Position numbers and translations under genes: made by a program. A stretch of DNA of 63,379 bases, filler included, from Intoshia linei (lineage: Eukaryota > Animalia > Orthonectida): assembly GCA_001642005.1 (NCBI GenBank). It is 5 parts of 5 records of this genome, joined end to end, with 100 filler letters (N's around TTAATTAATTAA, not from the genome) between each part and the next. Parts side by side here need not be neighbours in the genome. Positions count along the whole stretch, not along the records: positions 1 to 25,683 come from LWCA01000491.1; positions 25,784 to 42,461 come from LWCA01000867.1; 3 more parts are not named here. One strand, written 5' to 3'. The notes beneath the pieces were generated by a model, which was not told the DNA's origin, did no database searches, and was given only the letters and a program-made list of their open reading frames with translations. This document shows positions 13,492-26,318 of this stretch, in pieces (within the stretch, counting starts at the first letter, position 1; the number at the start of each line of letters is the position of its first letter).

Positions 13492-14619
13492 TACTTTTAT
13501 GTTACTATTTTTATATAAAACATCTAATTGTGTATCAAATGTTGTTACTTCTGTGCGTAATATTTACTTTTTTTGAAATTGCTGTTTTTAAATTCAATAT
13601 ATTTATCATCATGTGATGAAATGGATAAATTGTGTATGGACTGTCAAATGTATTTTTAACATCATATTATAATTATTCATAATATACGTTCAGCGTAATT
13701 ATATAATTAGTTGGTGCTCCGCTTTTATAAGCAATAAAAAGTTTGCCCTACTTATTAGTAATATACACAATCTACTAATTTTTTGGTGACTAAATCTGGT
13801 TGAAATTACGTCAAATTAAACTCTAATGGAAATTTTACAAATAAAATTGAAAAGAAACGAAATGGTTTTACATGAATAAATATGAAAAGTTATATGCTAA
13901 TTTAATATATGTAATAATAAAGAAGACCCTGTCAATTTACTTCCAATATCCGATAAATTTTCAATTTGTTTAAGCAAAGACTACTATATACTTTAAGTTT
14001 AGGTTTAGGTTTAAGCTGTCCTTGCTTTAGGGTACTTTAAAAAATAATTATGGACATGTAGTCTCTAACAAACGGTATAATTAAATATGACTAAAAATTT
14101 TTTGAATCAATAATTATTCTTCTGTGTACTAAATTTTAAATCTTAAGTCAAGAGTCTTAGAGAGGTGACTAGGAGCTATATGACACTAATAATTGTTTGT
14201 GAAAAGTTTTTTTGTGGTCTGGGTAGGTTCGGCTCTTTTACCAATAATTAAATCATGGGTTCTTTACTTTTCTCCACTTGGCACCCCTTAATTCAATAAA
14301 ATTCGATTCGGCACCACCATAAATGTAATAAACTTAAATACGATAAAAGTTAATAATATAACTACGGTAATAAACAATTGCTAGCTGAAATGGTTTAAAT
14401 TTGAATTAGAAAAAACCTTTGAACATAAAAAACACTGGTTTGTACGATTTATCAATATCATCAATATTTATGGTTTAATATTAACCCATTTTATTTTTTT
14501 GAGATAAATGCCTAAAATCAAAAAAGGCATCCACGTGCAAAATGAGTTTTTCTAATAAAAAAAAGTGAACTCACTAATATACAATGTATTAAAATATTTA
14601 TATATTATTTAAAAAAGTT

Positions 14620-15418
14620 AAATTAAATCAAGTTAAAAAATAGCTGTAAAATGAGTTTTATTCTAAAATTTTCTGCTAATCCAGGTTAAGAACCCATAAC
14701 TTAGATAAAAATTCACTTTTATCAGAAATTTACCTTTATCTATTCTTTAATCAAAAATCATGTGTATAATTCCAAAATTTATAATTATAAATTTTATATT
14801 AACTGGCAAAAGCTGTATTAGAATAAATTTTTTTCAATTGTGGGATCGTAAATTATTTCAAATTTTTTGTTTTACATTTTTGTTAATAAAAAAAGGAATA
14901 TTAAAGTGTTTTTTTAATAGTGAAGGCATCACTTTGTCAGATTGAAAATTTTTGTGTGTGTTAACAGGATATAAATAATGTATCATATAATTTTTTATAA
15001 TGTTAAGGCTGTTTTCATTTTTCAAAAAAATGGTAATCTGGTTTTAATTGTGAAAATTAAGTTAAGGACAGTTAACCTCACAAGGGTAAAGGAAAGAGAG
15101 ATAAAAAAGACCTATATTCATTCTTAACGAAAAGGTGAGAAGAGTAGATTTTGCTTACCGCTGTTTTTGTGGGGTAACCTCACAAGGGTTAATTTGATCT
15201 TTTTTGAGGTTGGCATTTGTGATAATGCTTATGATTTTAAAAACTATTTCAGAATTTATGTTTAAAAAAATTCTAGGATATGTTTCATTTTTAAAACAAA
15301 GGGTAATTTGTAGTTTTGACGATGAAGGTATGCGTTTCTGAGGCTTAGATTAACGACAATGTTAACTTTTTTAACTAAATGGTAACACTTACACATTCAA
15401 TTTTATACAAGTAAAGGA
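14620..15418 (-). mobile_element. Non-autonomous Helitron, 5' portion
   Basis: Minus-strand 5' end A|TCCTTTACTTGTATAAAATTGAATGTGT; body shared with other copies in the window. Confidence 0.6.
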
Positions 15419-15506
15419 TTATTATTAAAATTGTATACAAGTCATTGAAGTTGAAAATTTATATTATCAACCCTGATGTAATAAAGGTATATTTGTCAAT
15501 GTAAGC

Positions 15507-16048
15507 CAGCCATTCTCAACGGGGTCCACAGAACTTTTTTGGGGTCCATGAAAATTATACACATTTATTACATATTATAGACATTTTCCGTACATAGTCA
15601 TTTTTTTTTAATTAACGTCATATTTTCAAATAATAAAGTCGTTTATTCAAAGAAGTAAACAAATAAAACTGACTAGTTTTGAAAAAAAAACTTTACGATT
15701 TTAAAATATGACGTTAACTATAAAAAAGTGACTTTATGTTAATGATTTTTAGAAAAAATTTAGTTCAAATAAACTAAAATTGATTAGGATCGACATTTTT
15801 TTCTTCACAGAATTGCTTATCTGCATATATTGTAAAATTGAATAATAATGTTAGAATTAAAATTTAAAAATTTGTTTAATATTAATAGTTTATCAACTTC
15901 ATCATCTCGAAAAACTAGAGTACTCCATCTCATTTGGTCATCATTCGTTTCACACAAATGTAATGATTCATCAAAAATTGTAATTATTAATTAATTAAGT
16001 AATTAATTTTTTTAAGGGTCCACAGAGAAAAAAGGTTGAGAATGTCTG
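15507..16048. mobile_element. Charlie-type hAT MITE
   Basis: TIR CAGCCATTCTCAAC / GTTGAGAATGTCTG; perfect 8-bp TSD ATGTAAGC. Confidence 0.9.
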
Positions 16049-17168
16049 ATGTAAGCCATATATTATGTCAGTGTATATATATAAAATATATTGTGGGCGG
16101 ACCCAATTTTAGGTTCAATAAAAATTAAAATTGAAAAAAATTTATGAAAATTATAATTTTTAATGTACAAAGTACAATTATAAAAAAATTATCAACTTAA
16201 ATTGTTTAGGTTAATCTTTTTTAACATAGATGTGATAATTTATGAAATGATAACGTTGAGAACACATACATATTGTATATTGATAATGAAATTTTATTAT
16301 TTATAGTTGAAAAACCATGATATGGAGCAACTTGATGTAAATTAGATATAGACAAATATTAAATCAATAACTGAATTGAATGTTTCAAATTTAAACTAAT
16401 GTACAGAATGTATAGTCTAAATTCAAGATAAAATTATTTTATTGTATATTGATTATATTTTGTGAAAATTTTAACAATTATACATTTTTACCATTAATAA
16501 CCATCATTTTATTTTATAATTTCTATAATGTATATTTTTATATTTCTAGGCTTTAGTTTGATAGATGCTAATATTAAATTTACTGTAAATTTTACATCAA
16601 TTTATATTTCATCAAAATTGATGAATAAATTATGCAAATATTTAAAATCATTTTTCAAACTTGAAGATTGATTAATTGATAAATGATTAAAATTTTGCAC
16701 GATATACAATACAATCTAGTACAATGTACGTATATTTTTAATTTTTACAAGTGTATATAACTAAAATAAACAAATTTACATTTATATTCCCGTAGATGAA
16801 CAATTATTCATGTTCATTGAACATATTTGTTTATTAAATACTAAAACTCAATTTAAATTTGAAATAATGATAACATAATTCTTAAATTCCAATTTATTTT
16901 ATTATGAACCATAGATGATTAAATTAAAATACATAAAAGGTATTAAAAACATTGATTGACTTTGGTTTGGATCAAATAAATCGATAATGACCCACATTAT
17001 CGTTAATACATCAGACCTAATGTTGTAACTACATTGATACTAAACGGTCTGCATTAATATTATTGATATTTTTCGAGTTTATGTGAATGTATAGTTATAT
17101 ACAAATTAGATACTTTGTATAATGTCATTTAAGTTGAAATTTTAAAAAAATTTCAAAAAGTTTTTTAA

Positions 17169-20100
17169 ATGGATAATACAATTTTGAAAGATTTAGACGA
17201 AGCAGGCCTAGTTGATCTCTTTAAAATGAGTGATAATATTTTACAACAAGAATGGGACGTAATGTTACAATTAAAAGTACCAGATTATAAATTTAACTTT
17301 TCTCCAAATAACCCATCGGTTTTTCAGAGATTAAGCGTTCAACTTACCAAAAGCACCGTACCCGAAGAAATTAGTGGAAATGACATTCATTCCTATTTAT
17401 ATAATAAAATTGACAAAATTGCAATGGTAGAGGATGAACTTAAAGAAAAATTCCATTTATGTTCATCCGAGTATATTGATTCTAGTTTTCAAACGAAACG
17501 TCATCTTTCAATACATCAAAAGTCGTCTTCCTTTAGTGTTGATAAATCCATCAAAAGTAATGTAACTAAATCAAGTCATTCATGTAAAAAAATCAAATCA
17601 TCATATAGAAAAAATATTCAAATACAAAGTATGGATGACCAGTCGTATTCGGATTACAACGATTACTTTTATCCAACTAAACGCAATCAATGGGACGAAC
17701 TGAACCGATACATCAAAAATTACATTTGCTATAATAGCTACTCCAACCCTGACCCAGACATTGAAATTGAATGTAACTATGGGGTAATTTATCCTACAAA
17801 ATTTTCATCCGATCAAAACCTGTACCTGAAACATGAATTTGATAGAATAAATTTATGTGTCTCAAATGAAAGCGACCTAATGAGTAATTTAACCATACAT
17901 AAATCCATTTTCTCAGGTAAATACCTTGACAGACAAAGCAGTCTCATTCAAAATCTAACTGGCAAAAGAAAAATGGTTTTACTGAAAACTCAAAATCATT
18001 CATCCGACAGTTTACTTAAAAACAAGGTAAACTTGATAAATGGAAATTCATATACTGAAAAAACCAGAGAAAAAATAAAATGGTGTAAATTAAACACCTC
18101 ATTCAATAGACCAACTTTCATTACTAGAAAAACATACCCAATTTCTGAAAATTCTTGCACAGACTCAACAATAAAAAATGTGTCAAATTTATCAATCAAT
18201 AAAAATAAATTTAGCCAAGTTAAAAAACTGCCCATAATAAAAAATGAACCCAGAAAAAAATTTACAAAAAGCAAAAAACAGTATTCCATAATAATTTTAT
18301 CTGATTCTGGAGAATCTAAATCAAGTGATTTAAAATGCACAAATGAAATTAATATTGATACAAAACCAATAGACATTTTTGATATATTCCATAACAATGA
18401 AATCAAAGGTGACTTCTCTGACCCCCTTTTAGCTGAAATTATAAAAGAAAATGAAACTCAAAGAGTTGATAAATCTGACACCGCTGAAAGTGAAATTTCG
18501 GCATCAAATTTTGAATATGAATCTATCCGTGCAGACAGCGAAAACAATTGCACATACCAAGGTCTATCTACATCAAAAAGTCATCATAGAATCAGCGATT
18601 CAAGTAATTTAAATAGTTGCGAATCAAATTATAGTCATCACACTCAACTGAAAATTCAAAACGATGAAATTAGAATAATTAATTTCGATAAACGGCTCTT
18701 TCATATAAACATTCGCGCAGTTAATAATAGTATACCGTTTAGTGGTACATTTAGTTCGTTGAAAATTCTACAACCTCCCTCTAAAAGTGAAATTCTTGAA
18801 AAAAACAAAAAAACAATTAAGGAACGTAAAAGTAAAGAACTGGAACTGGAAAAACAAAACATACTGGAAAGAGATAATTTAACTTTAAAAGTCTTGGAAA
18901 TTCAAGAAAAATTTAAAGAAATGGGATCACCGACAAAAGATGATTATATTGATAATTTACAAACTAAATTACTTGAAGGTGAGACACCTCCAGAAAAACA
19001 AGTCAATTTAAATCTTGAAGCACTTACTAAGGATGAGCTTGACACTTCATTTACACAAGATTTCTATCCACCTATAGATAAAAATCAAGGATGGAATATG
19101 ATGATCAGAATACCTTTAAAAAAATCATTAAAACAAAATAGACAATGGAAACTTGTTTATGTCAAATTTGATGCCATTAAAATTCATGCTGCCAAAAATA
19201 AAACTAAAAATGATGAAAATTTTGAATTGATTCCAACTTTAAATTTTTATAATGATTCTAATGAAATTGATAAAGATCCTTTTCATAGGATTACCTTAAA
19301 TATGCATTATCGTGTTCACGCGTGTCAGTTGCAGCCATACAATGAATTTGGAAAATGTTATACGTTTAAATTATCAGTAAGTTTTTATTTTTTAATAGCT
19401 TGACTGTTATGTACTTACTACAGACAGCAGCTAGATCTACGGACGGTCCACTTTTTTAATTATACCCAAAAAGTAAATTTAATGTAATCTTACCTCAAAA
19501 TGATACTATTCATTATTACCAATCCTTTAGAGGAGTGGTTCCCAAACTTTTTTACACATGGACCAGTCATTTCACAATGTGAAATTCACAGTACCTTTTA
19601 ATTTTATTTTGTTTAAAATTTATTTTAGAATATTAAAAACAATTTTCTGATTCAATTTTTTTAATTTATTAGAAAAAAAGTAGTGCATAATCTTAAAAAT
19701 AAAGTAAAAACAGTAAATCCTAAAAATTGTCATAAATAGCTTAAATTCCAGAAAAAATAAAATTGTAAATAAACCAGCATTTTCTTTCTTACTGCTATGA
19801 TAAATATTCAGTATCTGATTTAGATGAGTAAAAAATATCAATTTTGTCAAATTATTATGTAGTTTTAGACTAAAATTTATAACAGTGATTTTAAACTTTT
19901 TGAAAATTAGTATACATTTGTATTTGTGTATTTGTAAATGAAAAATTGCGAAGTAATGAATTATATAGATTTTCACCCATATTTCTTTATTGGAAATGTG
20001 TAGACGTTCAATACACACTTTTTTGAAATTGTAGATTTACATTTTCATTTTTGATTTTTAATTGATTTATTGCAAAATATTAGTTGATAATATATTAAGA

Positions 20101-22883
20101 ATTATTTTTCACCGGGAATGCGTAAATTTCTGAAATTGAAATTTTGTAATTATATCAACTGGAATAAGTTCTATCAGAATAATTTTTTTCTTTTTTTAAT
20201 TTTCGGACGGTTAATTATTTCACATTTTTTATTTTAATAAAATATTTCGCAAAAAAAATACATAAAATGTATATAAATACTCAAATGCTTTTTTGACCGT
20301 GAAGTCGTCACTTATTCGGATTGAAATTTTTTGTGTTATTAACATAATACAATTGTACTACCTGTAAATTTTTTGAAATACTAGGGCAGTTTTAATTAAA
20401 AAAAAGGATAATTTGTGGTTTTGGCTCTAAAGATATATTTTTTTAAATTTAAATTTATGATAATGTTTATGATTTTAAAATTCGTATCAGAGTATGTTTT
20501 TATTTAAATTCTCGAAATCGTTTGATTTTTGAAAAAAAAGACAATTGGACTTTTGATTGAAGTTGATTTGAAGACGTAAGATTGAGTTTGGGAGGTTCAA
20601 ATGTATCTTATTATCACCCTGAAAAAACTGTAATTGAAATGTGGACTTTATAAAATTCTAAGACTGTTAGTTATTAAAATAAACGGTAACACACACACAA
20701 AAAAATATTGCGTGGCATATATTATATAAGTAAAAATATAAAACCATTTAAAAACATTCGATCTTGTCACAACTAGCCACTGTTTTTACTCAGTACAAAA
20801 CGGAAACGCCATTCATAATTATAAAAAAAAAAGTTGAAAAATTCCTCTGTCGTATTTTATCGTCCGGTCTGATAAGGGGCATACCACAGATCATTAATTT
20901 TAAAAGAAATAAAAGGTCCCTTTTGAATCAATAAGATTTGTATATTTGAATTGTAATACCTGTATTAATATATTATTAGGAAGCGTCGTATGTAGAATCA
21001 GTATCTCTGAAAATGAACAGAATAAAGCCAACATTACACGATTTGACCAAAGTTAGAAATTTGAAGGGATTAAAAGGTTTAGTTCATAAGCCTAAAGCTA
21101 CAATGATATTGGATCACACTATGGTGCCCATAAATACGGTTAAAATAGCTTCCTTATCTAGTGATGATTATCAAATTATGATTATGGCAATAGAAAATTC
21201 TTTATTTAAATTAACAAAAATTCCTCCACCCATTTGTACAGTATCGAATTCAAAGTATATGAATAAAGACGTTCACTTTACGAAAGAAGAGTGCACTGTC
21301 GAGATTGTAGACGAATATAATGCTAAATTGAACTGTCAGGGGAATATTAAATCGCACAAAGCCAGAGTCCGTCTCTTTTGGATATCATTTTTTAATGCCA
21401 ACAAATATATTAAAATTGGTATTAATGACGTGAGATTACAGGGAAAAGAAGTAATTAAATAAATAATATTCATGTTTTTTAACTCTATAGTGAATATTTT
21501 ACACTTATATCAGCGGTCCCTATTGCATTGGTAACTCGGAGTGCAAACCCTGTGTAAATGTACAACTAGTTTTGTGTCTCTAAAATGGTAGATTTTAATG
21601 ACTTTTTAATTGAAATGATATTCTTCAAATCTTTTTAAGCCTTGTAGTGCCAAGTTTTAAATAAATATAAACATTTTGAGAATTTAGTAAGTGTCTTAAA
21701 AGTTCATCTGCGTGTCCGAAAATTTTTGGTGTTTATAAGGGATTGCCTCCAATAAAAAATTTGAAAAGCATTCGTAATTTAATGAATAGAATATACATAG
21801 TAGTTAAATCTGAACATTATTTATCGCATTTGGGACCGCTAATAAGAAATTAACGTGGTTTAAAAGGAATATTATTGAAACGTCTCGTTTAGGTTGTTGG
21901 AAGGCATGACATAATCAGAATAAATACAGAAGAGTGGATAGCAATCTATAGAGCAGAGATTCACCATTTGATAGACAAGGAAAAATTATTAAAGGACATA
22001 GTTTTGACATTCAATGCAATAAATGCACTTAGATTTGAAATTATCAGATTTAGATGTTCTCCAAGAAATAATATGGAAATGCCTTTAAATTTACTACCTA
22101 AAATGAGTTTATTTACTGTAAGAGAAAAATACTATGTTGAAATAAGTGCAACACTTTGTACTCATTTGTTTTTCACTACAAGCATGAAAATACCACAGCA
22201 CCCTTGCGAAGATATTGTAATAACGTTTCCTATACCAGAAGAGTGGAGATATCGTTTTTGTTATGAAAAAGGTTCTAAAATTGGTGCAATTCATTCAAAA
22301 AAACGAAAACTCGGTAAAATTAAAGGCTTGGAACGATTTACTGCGATAGGAAAAGGAAATTTAAACACAACACTCATTGAGACATCAAGAGGAATGGCAA
22401 AATATGAGCAGATCCATCAAGCCATCACTTGGAGAATACCAAAATTACCTATGCATGGAGACCGTAATATTCACTTTTCATTTTGATTAATGATTAATAC
22501 TTATTTAGCTGCTTATAAAAACCACACCCTCTTTTGTAAATTTCAATTGGAACCATATGATAGCATACCTGAAACATACAATACCACCTCTTTGGTAATT
22601 TTTTTAAAAATTGATTTTTAAATCTGTTTAGTTAACTTTTAATATTCGAAATAGCACAATTTCGAATTGTCAGGTCAGATCCATTTCAATATCTGATGTT
22701 GACGACGACAATAAACCAGACAGATGGGTTGAACGTATCGCTAAATTTAACATTAGCATAGACTTGGATTTTGATAATAAATTTCCTAAAGGGAAATTAA
22801 CAGTATTTAGTCCAACCTTAAACGAAGATATTAAAAAGGATCAAGAATCAAACAAATCTAGTTCGAATATCACAAATATATAA
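17169..22883 (+). CDS. Stonin / stoned-B-like endocytic adaptor; exons 17169-19376, 20980-21450, 21893-22463, 22509-22594, 22632-22883
   Basis: Stonin homology domain (GWNMMIRIP.KK....RQWK.VYVK) and mu-homology domain (KARVRLF..F; GINDVRLQGKEVVGRHDII..TEEW; RKLGKIKGLER; AKYEQIHQAITWRIPKLP; VRSIS; RWV). Long low-complexity N-terminus. Confidence 0.92.
19395..20700 (-). mobile_element. Non-autonomous Helitron in stonin intron 1
   Basis: Reverse-complement 3' end (..GTACATAACAGTCAAGCTAT) at 19395; 5'-proximal TGTGTGTGTTACC near 20690; body shared with other copies. Confidence 0.75.
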
Positions 22884-23000
22884 ATTTTTTTTCCCTTAAT
22901 TAAATTGTTAACAATTGTAAATTCGATTGTTGTGTACATTTAACTATAATTTAGAAATTCATTTTTGAAAGTGATTAGGCTAACTTCAAGTATATCAGAC

Positions 23001-23886
23001 CAGAGCCGTCTTAAGCCATTTCGTGGTCCTGGGCTAAGCAAAAGGCCGGAGACCCTTTAAAATTTCGAGTGAAGCGATAAAAAAAAATTAGGTCCCCTGT
23101 TTAGAATACAGGGCATATTGTTGGTTGGAGACTTATTTCATTGAGTATTAATAACAGCATTAAAAGATATTATGTAGGTTTCTAGTGACTTTTATTTCTT
23201 TTACCAAAACCTACTTACATTAATTAATGAACAAAGTTTACTTTTTCTTTTTACCATGCAGTCACAAAAAATTCTTGACAATTCACCACAAATGTTGTTT
23301 TCTCACTTTTTTCTGAGAGAAATCAGATCTGATATTATCAAAACTGATATCATTCAAAATATGATTCTCAATTGACATTAAAAAGAGTGCATTCAGACAA
23401 GGTTGAGCTAAGCAATTTCGAAGTTGTTATTTTTAATTATTTTTGGTTTAGAAAAAGTTCTTTCATCTTTGTAATTTACAACCATCATTAAAAAAAACAT
23501 TCTCATGCAGATTTCAATATTAAAAAATAGTGATTTTAATTTATCACCTTTTATAACTTTATACATATCAAAAATGATATTGCTTGTTTTTTCCCAATCA
23601 AAATAATGTTTGAATTGTTGACATTCTATTACTAAATCATTTTTTTCCAAATCCTTGATATAAGCTGCTGTAAGATTATCACATGAAACATTCAACTCAT
23701 CATTCGACACCACATTTAACATTTCACACAACTTTGATTCTTTAAACTATTTTCTTTCTAGCTATTTGAATTCCCACACTTCAAAACTTATGAACTGTTT
23801 CTTAAAATATAAATGTAAAGTAAATTATTAATTTTGGGGCCATATTACAGCATACAGCATACAGCCCATGCCTTAAAACGGCTCTG
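23001..23886 (-). mobile_element. hAT element with C-terminal transposase (dimerisation domain, ZMYM1-like) remnant
   Basis: TIR CAGAGCCGTCTTAAG / CTTAAAACGGCTCTG; flanks ATCAGAC/ATCAAAC; ORF 23408-23731 'FNIEICMRMFF..V...ERTFSK.KIIKN'. Confidence 0.85.
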
Positions 23887-24496
23887 ATCAAACCTTTAAA
23901 TAATTGTATATAGATACTCTTTTTCACAATTATAATTAGTTATTACTAATCACATCAAATTGTATTTCAAATTCATAAATCGTACGTATCAATTCATCAA
24001 CGCTGATAATCAACAAATCATTGTCATAATTTATCATAAATTTTATGTGCAACATTTTATAAAATAACTTTATTGTGTTTATAATTTGTTATATAGTCAT
24101 ATCAATAAACATATCTACCAATTGTTTATTATCGTTTACGTACGTGATTTCAACTGAATTTAAAAATTATATATCAATTAATATTAAAACATGGACGATT
24201 CAGAAGTTGCATTTGTTACAGTAATATATAATAATAACATAATATAGCAAGGGTGACCGAATACCGATTTTTCAAATATCGATAGTAAAGAAAGTTTTTG
24301 TAAGAGTTAAAAAAATTTTATCAAGATTTAGTTTAGTGTTCAAAATCAGATAACTTATTCAATTTAATGATTATCAGGGAATGTTATCTTTTTTGTTAGA
24401 AGGATTTATTGATTACTATGTAAATTACAATTTAAAGTGAATCAGGGTAATCTAAATCCGATTATTTTTAATTTGTGTACATTTACTGATTTAAAG

Positions 24497-24679
24497 CAGG
24501 GGTTATCACCGGGGCGATATCGCCCATTTTGGGCTATTTATTTTTGACGAAGTAGAGTTTAACCATTTATTTTATTTAATTCACATGGTATAGTTACAAT
24601 AAATAGAAATTATTATGGGGTACCAAATTATATTTTTTTAGTTAAGGGTACCAACTGCGAAGTATGTTGAGAACCGCTG
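24497..24679. mobile_element. Short hAT MITE
   Basis: CAGGGGTTATCA..TTGAGAACCGCTG termini; near-TSD ATTTAAAG/CTTTAAAC. Confidence 0.65.
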
Positions 24680-24719
24680 CTTTAAACGTATAAAACTACA
24701 GTTCACAGAGTTATAATGT

Positions 24720-25683
24720 TCATACGCATCAAATTACAATCACAATGATAATAATTTTACGTGTATTAATTGGCTAATTAAAATTTGATTAAGTTAATAG
24801 CGTTAATAAAGTTAAAATAATATTTTAAAAAGTTAAATTACATTTTCAAACATTAATTTTGTTTTATACAATTTCGTTTTGTTTGTTACTTTTATTTTAT
24901 GCATGATTGTAGTAAATAAACTTATTAATTTTTATATAAATCATTAAAAGCAGTTTTTATTTATTCTTAACTTATTTCTATTCACAATACAGGTAATTTA
25001 GCAATACTTGTATATGATTAATGTTTTTTAAGTATGCCAAAATATGCGAAATCTAAATTTGAAAAAATGTAACATATTACCAAACTTTACCCTAGTGAAT
25101 TTACTAAGAATAACGACAATTTATTTTGTATGAAATCTTGTTCCAATGTTACTTTTACAAAATTAAATTTTGTTTAATTACACCGCAAATTGGCAAAAAA
25201 TAAGAGTTTTAGGCATATTGTCAGTATTGGAAGTTCAATTAAAACATCGAATGACTTTGCAACAGAAATGGCGGAAGCAATTCTATCTGCGGATATACCT
25301 CTAAAAAGTTAAATAACGTCAAGTTAGGAACAATATTTAAAAAGGAATAATTTTGCCATCTGAAAGCAATTGTAGAAATAAAATTGATGATTTGTATTTG
25401 AATGAAATGGAGAGAATAAAAAATTATTGTATTAATAAATTAATCTATCATTATGGACGAAACTGATTTAAATGGATATAAGTACATTAATACTATGATC
25501 GGAACATTAGAAACACCTCAGAATGTAATATTATATGATTGTAAAAATATTACAAGTAATATGAACGGACAAATGGTCATTCATAATCTTCATGATACAA
25601 TTAAAAATAATAAAACAAAACAAAGAAACTTTTTAAAAGATAATTTTAAAAAATATTTGATTTTGTACTACAACAAATAATAC
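24720..25683 (+). mobile_element. CGGBP1-like hAT transposon relic (BED-type finger plus DDE start)
   Basis: MPKYAK..YPSEFTKNNDNLFCMK..; FLSADIPL-like motif; 'IMDETDLNG..INTMIGTL'. Near-identical 5' copy at 60218-60790. Confidence 0.7.
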
Positions 25684-25783
25684 NNNNNNNNNNNNNNNNN
25701 NNNNNNNNNNNNNNNNNNNNNNNNNNNTTAATTAATTAANNNNNNNNNNNNNNNNNNNNNNNNNNNNNNNNNNNNNNNNNNNN
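25684..25783. other. Artificial scaffold spacer
   Basis: 100 nt of N with central TTAATTAATTAA (stops in all six frames). Confidence 0.97.
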
Positions 25784-26318
25784 TTTCAATTAAACTTAGA
25801 TATTCTGATAACTCTGGATATGTTATATCTTCACATATATTTTAAATTACGTAATGGTATAATTGAATTTATAATAATAATTATAATAAGAATATACAAT
25901 GTAATTATAAAACCAGAAAAAATTTTAGTTAGCGAAATTTTTGATTTGTCAAAATTTTAAAATTCCGATAATTATGAATTCTGTTAAATAGGACTTAGAC
26001 TGTAGTAAATTTAAATATTGATATTTAATCATTCATGCAAACTGTTTGCAAAAATTAATCCTTTACTGTATAAAATTGAATGAGTGTGTGTTTGTGTGTC
26101 CGTATATTTCAAAAATTAACAGTCGTAGAATTTAAAAAAATCCCATTTATAATACAGTTTTTGAATAATAGATTAAAAACCCAATTTGAAATTTAACTTT
26201 GATATAAACACTACCCGAAAAAAACTGTATTAGTAATTGGGTTTTTAAATTCTACATTTACTTTTTTAAATAAACAACATACAATAAAGTAACATACACA
26301 CAGGCATTCAATTTTATA

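Noticed and set aside
12827-13576. Alternate-frame and antisense ORFs over the WAVE last exon
   Set aside because: Shadows of a GC-richer coding exon.
17996-18406. 136-aa antisense ORF
   Set aside because: Antisense shadow of stonin exon 1.
19620-20018. 132-aa ORF with a paralogue at 58292-58501
   Set aside because: Low-complexity F/I/K translation of the Helitron body; not conserved in length between copies.
23900-24200. Exon-like minus-strand segments as possible TEX9 3' end
   Set aside because: No match to the TEX9 C-terminal motifs, and it lies across a spacer.
25728-25739. TTAATTAATTAA palindrome recurring four times within N runs
   Set aside because: Identical 100-nt spacers, an artificial six-frame-stop linker. 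Adjacency across them is not guaranteed.
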